32,000 nucleotides of DNA from Clostridia bacterium (GCA_045536565.1 JAZSNU010000017.1:36812-68811), one strand, 5' to 3'. Counted from the first letter of the stretch, positions 17,696 through 27,162 are shown. Notes: a model not told the origin generated them from the letters alone. Numbers and translations: made by a program.

Positions 17696-18715
17696 ATGGA
17701 AGAAAAATCACTGCAAATAACAAATCATGATTTTTTAATATATAAAGATGGAAATAATGATGTTAAAGTAAGTGTTATATTAATTAATAATGATTTATGG
17801 TTAACGCAAGATTTAATTGCTGAATTGTTTGGTACTGCAAGAAGTACAATTACTGAGCATATAAATAATATATTAAATGATGGAGAATTGTTAGAAGAAA
17901 CTTCCGTCGGAATTTCCGACATAAGTTCTGGTGGAAGAAAACCTAAAATATACAATTTAGATATGATAATTGCTGTTGGATATAGAGTTAATTCTAAAAA
18001 AGCTACTAATTTTAGAATATGGGCTACAAAAGTATTAAAAGAATATATGATAAAAGGTGTAGTTATGGATGATGAAAGATTAAAAAATCCGAACTATATT
18101 TTTGGTGAAGACTATTTTGAAGAAACTCTTGAAAGAATTAGAAATATTCGTTCTAGTGAAAGAAGATTTTACCAAAAGATTACAGATATATATTCACAAT
18201 GTAGTATTGATTATGATAAAGATGCAGAAATAACTAAACATTTTTTTAAAACTGTACAAAACAAGCTGCATTTTGCTATAACTGGTAATACAGCGGTAGA
18301 AATAATATATAATAGAGTAGATTCTGAAAAAGAACATATGGGACTTACAAATTGGAAAAATTCTCCTGATGGACCAATTTATAAATATGATGTGGATATC
18401 GCAAAAAACTATTTAAACGAAGATGAATTAAAAAAGTTAAATAGAATAGTAACAATGTATTTAGATTATGCTGAAATGCAAGCAGAAAATCATAATGCAA
18501 TGACAATGGAAGATTGGGTAGAAAAGTTAAATGCATTTTTACAATTTAATGGAAAAGAGATATTGAAAAATGCTGGAAAAATATCTCAAAGAGTTGCACA
18601 AGAATTAGCATATAAAGAATATGATAAGTTTAAAATAAAACAAGATAAAATGCTTATTTCGGATTTTGATGAATTTGTAAAACAAACAAATTTATTAGAA
18701 AAAAATAAAGAGTAA
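17696..18715 (+). CDS. RhuM-family protein (virulence protein RhuM family, PF13310-like)
   Basis: Characteristic blocks are VSVILINNDLWLTQDLIAELFGTARSTITEHINNI, IYNLDMIIAVGYRVNSKKATNFRIWATKVLKEY and SSERRFYQKITDIY. The start at 17696 lies 6 nt after GGAGA. Confidence 0.85.
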   Translation: MEEKSLQITNHDFLIYKDGNNDVKVSVILINNDLWLTQDLIAELFGTARSTITEHINNILNDGELLEETSVGISDISSGGRKPKIYNLDMIIAVGYRVNSKKATNFRIWATKVLKEYMIKGVVMDDERLKNPNYIFGEDYFEETLERIRNIRSSERRFYQKITDIYSQCSIDYDKDAEITKHFFKTVQNKLHFAITGNTAVEIIYNRVDSEKEHMGLTNWKNSPDGPIYKYDVDIAKNYLNEDELKKLNRIVTMYLDYAEMQAENHNAMTMEDWVEKLNAFLQFNGKEILKNAGKISQRVAQELAYKEYDKFKIKQDKMLISDFDEFVKQTNLLEKNKE

Positions 18716-18833
18716 ATAAGATATAAAAAAAAATGAGGTAATTACAACCTAAGTAAAACTTTAATTAAATGATTATAATGTAAAATTAAATAAAAAGAAT
18801 TTTTACATATTTGAGTGAAATGAGATGTGAGTT

Positions 18834-19520
18834 ATGAAAGAACAAAAATTTAAAGAATTAATAAATAAATTAGGAACTTGTAATAAATGCACGAATTTAA
18901 AATGCAAGGATAAATCATTGATTAATATTTTTGAAGACAATAATTTCTGTACTAATATACCATCTATTTGGACAGATTGGTTAAATAGATTAGATTCTAA
19001 AATAATAATTATTGGGCAAGATTGGGGTCCACATAATGATATGAAAAAGTTAAACGAAATGCTTTATAGTGATAAAAGTAATTGGAATGAATTGATTGAA
19101 TTTGAGAAAAGTAACACAAAAAAATTACTTGATTATTATATTGACGAATCTTCCAGTAATAAGTATAATCTTAATGATATTTTTATTACTAATGCTATAA
19201 TGTGTGCAAGACAAGGAAATAATTATAGAGGTAATAATATCGATTTGAAAAAATCCACTTTGAATTGCGGTGAATATTTATTAGAACAAATTGAAATTGT
19301 AAAACCAAAAGTTATATTGACTTTAGGATATTATCCGTTATTATCATTATCAAATACATTTAATTTTAAAATAGATAAAACATTAAAAGAGACTATTTTA
19401 AATTATCCCGAGATAAAGATTAAAAATTATGTCATAATTCCTTTATATCATCCTGTTGCTCAAATAAAAAAAGCTGAGCAATTGGAACAGTATAAAAGAA
19501 TATGGAAATATATAGATTAA
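18834..19520 (+). CDS. Uracil-DNA glycosylase superfamily protein, atypical (GQDWG motif A, family-4-like Cys pattern)
   Basis: IIIIGQDWGP (nt 19014-19028) sits at the motif-A position. FITNAIMCAR resembles family 4/5, and PLYHPVAQ sits at the motif-B (HPS) position. Cysteines fall at C16-x2-C19, C124 and C145. Confidence 0.7.
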   Translation: MKEQKFKELINKLGTCNKCTNLKCKDKSLINIFEDNNFCTNIPSIWTDWLNRLDSKIIIIGQDWGPHNDMKKLNEMLYSDKSNWNELIEFEKSNTKKLLDYYIDESSSNKYNLNDIFITNAIMCARQGNNYRGNNIDLKKSTLNCGEYLLEQIEIVKPKVILTLGYYPLLSLSNTFNFKIDKTLKETILNYPEIKIKNYVIIPLYHPVAQIKKAEQLEQYKRIWKYID

Positions 19521-19533
19521 GGAAGTGATAAAA

Positions 19534-20421
19534 ATGAGTAACGAAGAGAAAGGTTTTGCGAAGTCGAACATTAACTGGTTTCCAGGACACATGGTAAAAA
19601 CCATTAATGATATGAAAGCAAATATTAAATTAATTGATATAGTATGTGTAGTATTAGACAGTAGAATACCAGACAGTTCAAGAAACAATATTATATTTGA
19701 TATAGCCAAAGACAAGCCAGTAATAATTGTATTAAATAAATATGATTTAGCAGATACTGAAAAACTAGGTGAAAAGATTAATGAGTATAAAGAAAAAGGA
19801 TACGAAGTAGTTTTAACTAATGCAAACCTTGGACAAGGTATAAGTGAACTAGTAAATAAAATAATAGAGGTAGGAAAAAAGACTAAGTATTCAAATAAAA
19901 CAAGTGAAGAATATAGTAAAATGACACCTGTATACAGAGTTTTAATATCTGGTATACCTAATGTTGGTAAATCAACTTTAATAAACAAACTTGCAGGCAA
20001 AAAAGCAGCAAATGTTGGTAATAAACCAGGTGTAACAAGAAGTAAACAATGGATAAGAATAGATAATAATATAGATTTATTGGATACACCAGGAATATTA
20101 TGGCCTAAACTAGATGAAAATGACGCAGGCATGAAACTCGCATTAACTGGAAATATTAAAGAGGAAATATTAGATTTAGAAGAATTAGCCTTTTATTTTA
20201 TAAAATACATTCGACAAAATCCTAAATATTTAAATTACTTAATTACAAGATATAATTTAGAAGAAGATATAGCTGAGCTAGAAGATTATGAAGTATTTGA
20301 AATGATTGGTGCTAAAAGAGGTGCATATATAAAAGGCGGAGAGATTGACTATAATAAAACGGCTAAAATAATAGTTGATGAATTTAAGGCAGGAATAATA
20401 GGTAAAATTAATTTGGAATAA
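19534..20421 (+). CDS. rbgA: Ribosome biogenesis GTPase A (YlqF/RbgA), circularly permuted GTPase
   Basis: Contains NWFPGHM, NKYDL (G4) ahead of GIPNVGKSTLIN (G1), and DTPGILWP. The start at ATG 19534 lies 8 nt after AAGGAAG. Confidence 0.92.
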   Translation: MSNEEKGFAKSNINWFPGHMVKTINDMKANIKLIDIVCVVLDSRIPDSSRNNIIFDIAKDKPVIIVLNKYDLADTEKLGEKINEYKEKGYEVVLTNANLGQGISELVNKIIEVGKKTKYSNKTSEEYSKMTPVYRVLISGIPNVGKSTLINKLAGKKAANVGNKPGVTRSKQWIRIDNNIDLLDTPGILWPKLDENDAGMKLALTGNIKEEILDLEELAFYFIKYIRQNPKYLNYLITRYNLEEDIAELEDYEVFEMIGAKRGAYIKGGEIDYNKTAKIIVDEFKAGIIGKINLE

Positions 20422-20433
20422 GAGGTATGTATA

Positions 20434-23400
20434 ATGGGTAAAACTGTTAAGCTTACAAAAGAACAACAGCAAGTAATAGATGTAAGAGATAGAGATGTAT
20501 TAGTTGCTGCTTCTGCTGGAAGTGGTAAAACTTTTGTAGTAGTAGAAAGAATAGTAAATCGAGTTATAAACGATAATATAGATATTGATAAAATACTGGT
20601 AGTTACATTTACTAATGCTGCTGCTGCCGAATTAAAAGAAAGAATAGTAAATAGGTTTTATGACTCTTTAAAAGATAAGGATATAAATGAAGATACAAAA
20701 AGACATGTACAAAAACAACTTACTTTAATTAACAGAGCACAAATATCTACAATACATTCTTTTTGCCTTAATGTAATTAAAAGTAACTTCTTTTTACTTA
20801 ATATTGATCCTAATGTAAAAACATTGGACGAAAATAAAGCAAAACTTTTGCTTTTAGAAAGCATAAATGAAGTTATTGAAGAGGAATATGAATTAAAAAC
20901 AGAAATATTTTCTAAAATATTAGAAATATACAAATCAGAGGAATTTGTTATAAATTCACTAGAAAAGTTATATAATTTTTCAAGAACAATGGTAGATTCA
21001 AAAAAATGGTTAGAAGATTCACTAAACAAATACAGTATAGAAGGTGTAAAAGATTTATCTGAAACAGATTTTGGAACTCAAATTATAACAATGATTATGG
21101 AGAAAGCAGAACTATTAGAAAATGAATTGACTAGTATATGCGATAAAATTAGAGGAGATAGTGATTTTCAAAGCAGGTTAGATATATTAGAAGGTATTAA
21201 AGAAAATGTTGAAAGCATAAAACACTTAAATAAATATGATGATATATATTCTAACATAAGAAGTATATTACCACTTTCAAGATTACCAAGTAGTAGGTGT
21301 GTAAACGAAGAATTAAAAAATGAAGTATCAAATGTTAAAAAAAAGATTGCTAGTGAATTAGAAGATATATCAAAAATTGCATATTTAGATACTGAAAACA
21401 TATTAAAAGAGCTAAATTCAATGCATGAAATTTTAAATTGGTATGTAAATAGCACATTTAAAATAGATGAGGTTTATTCTAACAAGAAAAAATTATTGGG
21501 TCAGATTGATTTTAATGATTATGAACATTTAGCACTCAAAATTTTATCAAACGAAGATGTAAGCAAAGTATATATGGAAAAATTTGAAGAAATATATATT
21601 GATGAATATCAAGATACATCATATATACAAGAAACTATAATTAGTAAAATAGCTAAAAATAATAGAGTAATGGTTGGAGATGTTAAGCAAAGTATATATA
21701 GTTTTAGAAGTGCAGAGCCTAAACTATTTAACGAAAAATATGTAAGTTATAAAAAATATGAAGAAGAGGATAAAGAGGTATGTGATGCTAAAATCCTTCT
21801 ATCTAAAAATTTTAGAAGTAGAAAAGAAGTATTAGATAGCATCAATTATATATTTTCAAAAATAATGTCCGAAAAAATAGGAGAATGTAATTATTCTAAT
21901 GATGAGTTTTTGGTTTATGGTGATGGTTATGATTTAGAAAAAGAAATAAATCATGATACTGAAATAAATATAGTAGAAACGAAGGAAGAAGAATTTGGCG
22001 AAGATGATGTATTAAAAGAGGTAGAAGAAATTACTGATACTCAAAAAGAGGCATGTGAAGTAGCACATAAAATAGAGGATATAATAAAAAATGGATATGA
22101 AATATATGATTTAAAAAAGAAAGAATATAGAAAAGCACAGTACAAAGATATAGTTATATTAATGAGGTCTGTATCTGGCAAGGCAAGTATATATGAAGAT
22201 GCATTAAAATCAATAAATATTCCAGTATTTTGTGATACTTCTGAGGGCTTCTATAACGGTGAAGAGGTAGGAATAATATTATCGTTATTAAAAGTTTTAG
22301 ATAATAGTTATGACGACATTTCGCTTGTGTCTGTAATGTACAGTATTATTGGTGATTTTACACCAGACGATATTATGTATATACGAAATTATGATAAGAG
22401 AGCATATTTTTATGAAGCTATCAAGAAAGCATATCTAGATGAAAATAATAAGGATAAGGAAATATATACAAAAATTAATGATTTATTTAAAATTCTAGAT
22501 AAATTCTCTGTATATTTAAATACATACTCACTTGCTGAAACTATTTTAAAAATATATGAAGAAACAGGTATATATTATTCCTTTTATTTAGAGGAATTGG
22601 GAACACAAAAATGTGCTAACTTAGATAGATTAGTAGAAGTTGCAAGAAATTTTGAAAAAGAAGAAAAATCATCTCTTCACGAGTTTATAAATTACATAGA
22701 AAATATGAAAGAAAGTAAAGCTAAAGGGACAGATACACCTAAACTTTTAGGAGAAGGTGAAAATGTTGTTAGGATATTAACCGTTCATAAAAGTAAAGGT
22801 TTAGAGTATCCTATTGTATTTTTAGTAAATTGTTCTAAAAAATACAATACTATGGATACGGCAGATAGCATGTTATTTGATAAAGAATTTGGTATTGGAC
22901 TAGATATATTTAATACGGATATTGGAATATCATATGCTTCAATTATAAAACAGGCTATAAAAGAAAAAATAAAAATTAGAACTTTGTCAGAGGAAGAAAG
23001 ATTGTTGTATGTTGCTATGACAAGAGCAAAAGAAAAACTATATATATATGGAACGGTTAAGGATTATTCTAAATTTATAGATAAACTTATGCAAAATTCA
23101 GATAAAATATCACCGGTTTTAGTTAAAGAATGTAATAACTATTTAAAAGTTATTATGCTTGCTTTAAATTCAAAGGCAACTGATAAAATAGATAATTTTA
23201 AAATAAATGTCATAAACGGTAAAGAAATCAGCAACAAGGATAATGTGTCAAATACAACTAAAATAGATAGAAGTATCAGTATCAAAGAAAAGTTTATAAA
23301 CGCATGTAAAGAAAAAGAAATTACAGAGAGTAAAATAAACTTGAGCTTTGAAGAAAAATATAATTATTTGGATAATTTAAATATTAAGAAAAAATATAGC

Positions 23401-24015
23401 GTAACTGAAATAAAAGAACAAAATATGGCAGAGAACGAGGAGATATTTAGTCTTGATGATAGTATAAATCAAGGTTTGAATTTAGAAAATATAAAACCAA
23501 AATGCGTAGAAGATAAAATTTCAGCACTAAATTATGGAACTATAATTCATAGAATATTAGAAAAAATTGATTATAGCAAACTAGACAAAGAAAGTATAGA
23601 TAAATGTATAGAAAGTGAAATCTCACAAACAGAATTAAGTGTACATAGTATTAAAAATAAAATATATGGTTATCTAAATAGTGAAATAATTGATGAAATA
23701 AAAAATGCTGCTCTGGTGCAGAAAGAACAACCTTTTGTAATATTTGATAAATTAGAGAATATCTATAATGCTAACTTTGAAGAAAAAACATATATTCAAG
23801 GAGTTATAGACCTTCTTATAACAACCAAAGATAACAAGAAAATAATTGTAGATTTTAAAACTGATAAAGTAGAAAATGAGCAAGAGTTAATAGATAGATA
23901 TAGAGTGCAACTTGAAATATACAAAAAAGGTGTAGAGGTATCGTGTGGAGAGGAAGTTAAATCCATGTACATCTATTCTTTTAATTTAAATAAAGCAATA
24001 AAATTAGAAATATAA
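20434..24015 (+). CDS. addA: ATP-dependent helicase/nuclease subunit A (AddA/RexA type)
   Basis: UvrD-like motifs are present: AASAGSGKT, IDEYQDTS, VGDVKQSIYSFRSA, TVHKSKGLEYPIVF and YVAMTRAKEKLYI. The C-terminal PD-(D/E)xK nuclease motif is GVIDLLI...IVDFKTDK. Length 1193 aa. The gap after rbgA is 12 nt. Confidence 0.9.
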   Translation: MGKTVKLTKEQQQVIDVRDRDVLVAASAGSGKTFVVVERIVNRVINDNIDIDKILVVTFTNAAAAELKERIVNRFYDSLKDKDINEDTKRHVQKQLTLINRAQISTIHSFCLNVIKSNFFLLNIDPNVKTLDENKAKLLLLESINEVIEEEYELKTEIFSKILEIYKSEEFVINSLEKLYNFSRTMVDSKKWLEDSLNKYSIEGVKDLSETDFGTQIITMIMEKAELLENELTSICDKIRGDSDFQSRLDILEGIKENVESIKHLNKYDDIYSNIRSILPLSRLPSSRCVNEELKNEVSNVKKKIASELEDISKIAYLDTENILKELNSMHEILNWYVNSTFKIDEVYSNKKKLLGQIDFNDYEHLALKILSNEDVSKVYMEKFEEIYIDEYQDTSYIQETIISKIAKNNRVMVGDVKQSIYSFRSAEPKLFNEKYVSYKKYEEEDKEVCDAKILLSKNFRSRKEVLDSINYIFSKIMSEKIGECNYSNDEFLVYGDGYDLEKEINHDTEINIVETKEEEFGEDDVLKEVEEITDTQKEACEVAHKIEDIIKNGYEIYDLKKKEYRKAQYKDIVILMRSVSGKASIYEDALKSINIPVFCDTSEGFYNGEEVGIILSLLKVLDNSYDDISLVSVMYSIIGDFTPDDIMYIRNYDKRAYFYEAIKKAYLDENNKDKEIYTKINDLFKILDKFSVYLNTYSLAETILKIYEETGIYYSFYLEELGTQKCANLDRLVEVARNFEKEEKSSLHEFINYIENMKESKAKGTDTPKLLGEGENVVRILTVHKSKGLEYPIVFLVNCSKKYNTMDTADSMLFDKEFGIGLDIFNTDIGISYASIIKQAIKEKIKIRTLSEEERLLYVAMTRAKEKLYIYGTVKDYSKFIDKLMQNSDKISPVLVKECNNYLKVIMLALNSKATDKIDNFKINVINGKEISNKDNVSNTTKIDRSISIKEKFINACKEKEITESKINLSFEEKYNYLDNLNIKKKYSVTEIKEQNMAENEEIFSLDDSINQGLNLENIKPKCVEDKISALNYGTIIHRILEKIDYSKLDKESIDKCIESEISQTELSVHSIKNKIYGYLNSEIIDEIKNAALVQKEQPFVIFDKLENIYNANFEEKTYIQGVIDLLITTKDNKKIIVDFKTDKVENEQELIDRYRVQLEIYKKGVEVSCGEEVKSMYIYSFNLNKAIKLEI

Positions 24016-24058
24016 ATGTAACTTGTTTGTAAAAATTCAAACATACTTTGCCATTTTA

Positions 24059-24087
24059 TTGAAATGTTGTTATCTTTATTATAGAAT
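24059..24087 (+). promoter_or_regulatory. Candidate sigma-A promoter for the pilin-like operon
   Basis: TTGAAA (24059-24064), 17-nt spacer, TAGAAT (24082-24087). Confidence 0.45.
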
Positions 24088-24117
24088 AAAAATAACGATG
24101 TAATTTGGAGTGATAGA

Positions 24118-24609
24118 ATGATTAAAAATAATGGAAAAAGGGCAATAGCATTAATATCATTAGTTTTAGTAATATTAGTGCTTTTGATGATAACAGGATT
24201 AATTACTTATGTAAGTGTGGACATGATAGCAGAAGCAAAAAAAGTTGCTTTTTCAAAAGATATGACTACAATTTATGATTCTGTTCAAGAATATTATGCA
24301 GTAAATGGAGATATACCAGTTCTAGAAGGTGGTTATGAATTAAGTGCAGATGCGTATAGAAATAGTATAACAGAAGCAAGCCATAAAACTGCACTTAATA
24401 CAGAAATAATAAATAACGGGGACGAAGCAGCTACCTTTTATGAAATTGATATGAGTAAATTAGGAATAGAAGAAATGAGTTATGGAGTGAAAAAAACTGC
24501 TACTGATGTATTTTTAGTTTCAAATGTTTCACAAAATATATATTATTATCAAGGAAGAGAATTTAATAACAATATTCATTTTTCGAATTCTTATATTTTA
24601 GAAAAATAA
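24118..24609 (+). CDS. Pilin-like protein A (163 aa): prepilin-type N-terminus without Glu5 plus the shared globular domain
   Basis: N-terminus is MIKNNGKRA/IALISLVLVILVLLMITG. Shared-domain motifs are ATFYEIDMSKLGI and DVFLVSNVSQNIYYYQG. RBS is GGAG. Confidence 0.75.
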   Translation: MIKNNGKRAIALISLVLVILVLLMITGLITYVSVDMIAEAKKVAFSKDMTTIYDSVQEYYAVNGDIPVLEGGYELSADAYRNSITEASHKTALNTEIINNGDEAATFYEIDMSKLGIEEMSYGVKKTATDVFLVSNVSQNIYYYQGREFNNNIHFSNSYILEK

Positions 24610-24626
24610 TATTTAGGGAGGTTTTT

Positions 24627-25799
24627 ATGAATAACAAAAAGGGAATATCACTAGTTATGCTAGTTATTACTATTTTGGTAATGCTGATTTTAGCGTCTGT
24701 TATAGCATTTATCACTGCTGATTCTGTAACAAACGCAAAGTTAGCCGCTTTTGCAACTGATTTAACATCAATTGAGGATACAATTGATGAATATTATTTA
24801 AATAATAATTATTTACCTATTATAGAGGGAGTTACATATAGTAAATCATTAGTAGTATCTTTAATATCGCAAAATTCTGATGTGCTGGCAAGTGAAATTG
24901 CTGAAAATGGTGATGATGATGCCGTCTTTTATAGAGTTGATATGTCAAAATTACCAATTAAATATTCAACTCGTGGAAAAGAGGCAAACGGAGATGCTAC
25001 TGATATATATCTAGTATCAAGTAAAAACTTCAATCTATATTATTTAAAAGGTGTGGAAATATCAGGAGAATGGTATTTTTCGCTTACAGAAAAGTTAACT
25101 GGTAAGACTAAAATTAAGAGTAGTACATCAAATGACACATCAAATATAACTATGACTACTACATCTGGAATTAAACTTACTAAAAATACAACTGATTGGA
25201 CAAATGAGTTAACAGTTAACATACAAACAACATTAAAAACAAATGAAACTATTGAGTATTTTGTAGCAGAAATAGCAGCAGGTACATCAACAACTAGTCC
25301 AGTAAGTGTTAATGTGACTGATATATTAAATAATAACGAAACAATCAGAAATGCTTTTAATACAAGCGAAACTAATAAAGTATTAAAAGTTAATAAATAT
25401 GATACAACAAGTGGTTCTAATGTGCTTATTGCAACAACTGAAATTAAACTTGCTAACCTTGATATATTAGCACCATCTGTTATAGAAACATCTAATATTA
25501 CATACAGTGAATATACTGATTTTATACTTGCTACATTAACAGGAGTAACTGATTTAGGCTCAAGCGGAATAAAAGAAGCAAGAGTGCTTTATACAAAAAA
25601 ATTAGATGACAGTAATAATGAAGTGGCATATTATGAATATTTACCTGCTGAGATAACAGCAGAGTATGTAAAAAATACAGGTAAAACATCAGCATTTAAT
25701 ATGATTAGACTTCCAAAAGATGTTGTTTCATATGTTTTGGTATTTATAGACAATGCTGGAAATATATCTACACCTACTACATATACGGTTAATTATTAA
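24627..25799 (+). CDS. Pilin-like protein B (390 aa): same N-terminus and shared domain, then a T/N/S-rich linker and an Ig-like C-terminal domain
   Basis: N-terminus is MNNKKG/ISLVMLVITILVMLILA. Shared-domain motifs are AVFYRVDMSKLPI and DIYLVSSKNFNLYYLKG. It has 9 N-x-S/T sequons. The C-terminus carries VLVFIDNAGNIS. RBS is GGGAGG. Confidence 0.78.
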   Translation: MNNKKGISLVMLVITILVMLILASVIAFITADSVTNAKLAAFATDLTSIEDTIDEYYLNNNYLPIIEGVTYSKSLVVSLISQNSDVLASEIAENGDDDAVFYRVDMSKLPIKYSTRGKEANGDATDIYLVSSKNFNLYYLKGVEISGEWYFSLTEKLTGKTKIKSSTSNDTSNITMTTTSGIKLTKNTTDWTNELTVNIQTTLKTNETIEYFVAEIAAGTSTTSPVSVNVTDILNNNETIRNAFNTSETNKVLKVNKYDTTSGSNVLIATTEIKLANLDILAPSVIETSNITYSEYTDFILATLTGVTDLGSSGIKEARVLYTKKLDDSNNEVAYYEYLPAEITAEYVKNTGKTSAFNMIRLPKDVVSYVLVFIDNAGNISTPTTYTVNY

Positions 25800-25814
25800 T
25801 AACGGAGGAGTTTT

Positions 25815-26600
25815 ATGAGAAAAGGTATTACAGCGGTGAGTGTATCTATTATGGTTGTTATTATGCTTATTTTAGCAGGAACTGTGTCAATAACTTCATA
25901 TAATAGTATTCAAAGCGCAAACAAAATAACATTTGCACTAGAACTTTCAGAAATTCAAGAACAAGTTACTAGATACTATAAAGATTCTGAATTGGGAGGG
26001 TATCCAATTAGTGATAATGTTTATACAGTAAATTTGGCTAATGTAACTACTAGTTCGCTTACTCAATTTGATAAAGAAAATATAAACTCAAATAATGAAA
26101 TAACTTTATACGAGTTAGACCTTACAAGTATTGGAGTTACAGATACTAAGTATGGCACTAAAAAAACAGATAAAGATGTTTTTGCAGTTTCAACACAAAC
26201 AGGCAGAGTATATTACTTAGAAGGATTAAAATATAACGGGAAAACATATTATACAATCACTAACGATTTAATAGATATAGACCAAAGAAATGAAAATGTA
26301 TCAGATGAGGAAAAAGAATTAATACCACCAGTGATAACTACTGATGGTATTGTAACAAAAACTTTATCATCAGGAGAAAAAGAAATATATGTATCTAATA
26401 TAAAGGTAACAGGCGATGATATACAATATGTAAAATATGAGCTAGGAGAAATTCCAGAAGAAAATGCAGTAGAATATTTTAGAAGTAATGGAAATACTTT
26501 TAATTCTGATAGAATTAGATTAAAAGAGTTAACAACAATAACTATATATGCACAAAACAGTCAAGGAGAATATGACATTGTGTATGTACAAAATAATTAA
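25815..26600 (+). CDS. Pilin-like protein C (261 aa): same N-terminus and shared domain, plus a C-terminal beta domain
   Basis: N-terminus is MRKG/ITAVSVSIMVVIMLILA. Shared-domain motifs are ITLYELDLTSIGV and DVFAVSTQTGRVYYLEG. RBS is ACGGAGGAG. Confidence 0.78.
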   Translation: MRKGITAVSVSIMVVIMLILAGTVSITSYNSIQSANKITFALELSEIQEQVTRYYKDSELGGYPISDNVYTVNLANVTTSSLTQFDKENINSNNEITLYELDLTSIGVTDTKYGTKKTDKDVFAVSTQTGRVYYLEGLKYNGKTYYTITNDLIDIDQRNENVSDEEKELIPPVITTDGIVTKTLSSGEKEIYVSNIKVTGDDIQYVKYELGEIPEENAVEYFRSNGNTFNSDRIRLKELTTITIYAQNSQGEYDIVYVQNN

Positions 26601-26642
26601 GTAAAAACATATATTAAGATAATATATAATTAAGGGGGAATT

Positions 26643-27134
26643 ATGAAAAGAGCAGAATACATATCATGGGATGAATATTTTATGGGTGTTGCGTTACTTG
26701 CAGCAATGCGTTCAAAAGATCCTAATACACAAGTTGGAGCATGTATTGTAGATAGTGAAAATAGAATATTATCTACTGGATATAATGGATTTCCTAGTGG
26801 ATGCTCAGATGATGAGTTTCCATGGGAAAGAGAAGGTACATTTTCGGAAACAAAATATCCTTTTGTTGTCCATGCGGAACTTAACGCTATATTAAATGCT
26901 CGCGGTAAAAATTTAACGGGTGCCAAAATATATGTAGCGTTATTTCCTTGTAATGAATGTGCAAAAGCAATAATCCAAAGTGGGATAAAGGAAATTATTT
27001 ACCTTTCAGATAAATACGCTACTGCTGATAATACAATTGCTTCTAAAAGAATGCTTAAAGCAGCAAGAATAAAGTTTAAACAGTTAGAACCTTGTTCTGA
27101 TTCATTAACTATAAATTTTAATACTAACGATTAA
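26643..27134 (+). CDS. comEB: dCMP deaminase (ComEB-type cytidine/deoxycytidylate deaminase)
   Basis: SWDEYFMGVALLAAMRSKDP is present. The zinc motifs are HAELNAI and PCNECAKAI. RBS is AAGGGGGA. Confidence 0.9.
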   Translation: MKRAEYISWDEYFMGVALLAAMRSKDPNTQVGACIVDSENRILSTGYNGFPSGCSDDEFPWEREGTFSETKYPFVVHAELNAILNARGKNLTGAKIYVALFPCNECAKAIIQSGIKEIIYLSDKYATADNTIASKRMLKAARIKFKQLEPCSDSLTINFNTND

Positions 27135-27162
27135 ATAAATGTATAAATAAGAATAAGCAATA

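Noticed and set aside
24118-27134. Interpretation of the pilin-like genes as the ComG competence pseudopilin operon, because comEB is adjacent.
   Set aside because: No ComGA ATPase or ComGB platform genes are present. The sizes and sequences do not fit ComGC-GG, and Glu5 is absent from all members. ComEB is a dCMP deaminase whose adjacency is probably coincidental.
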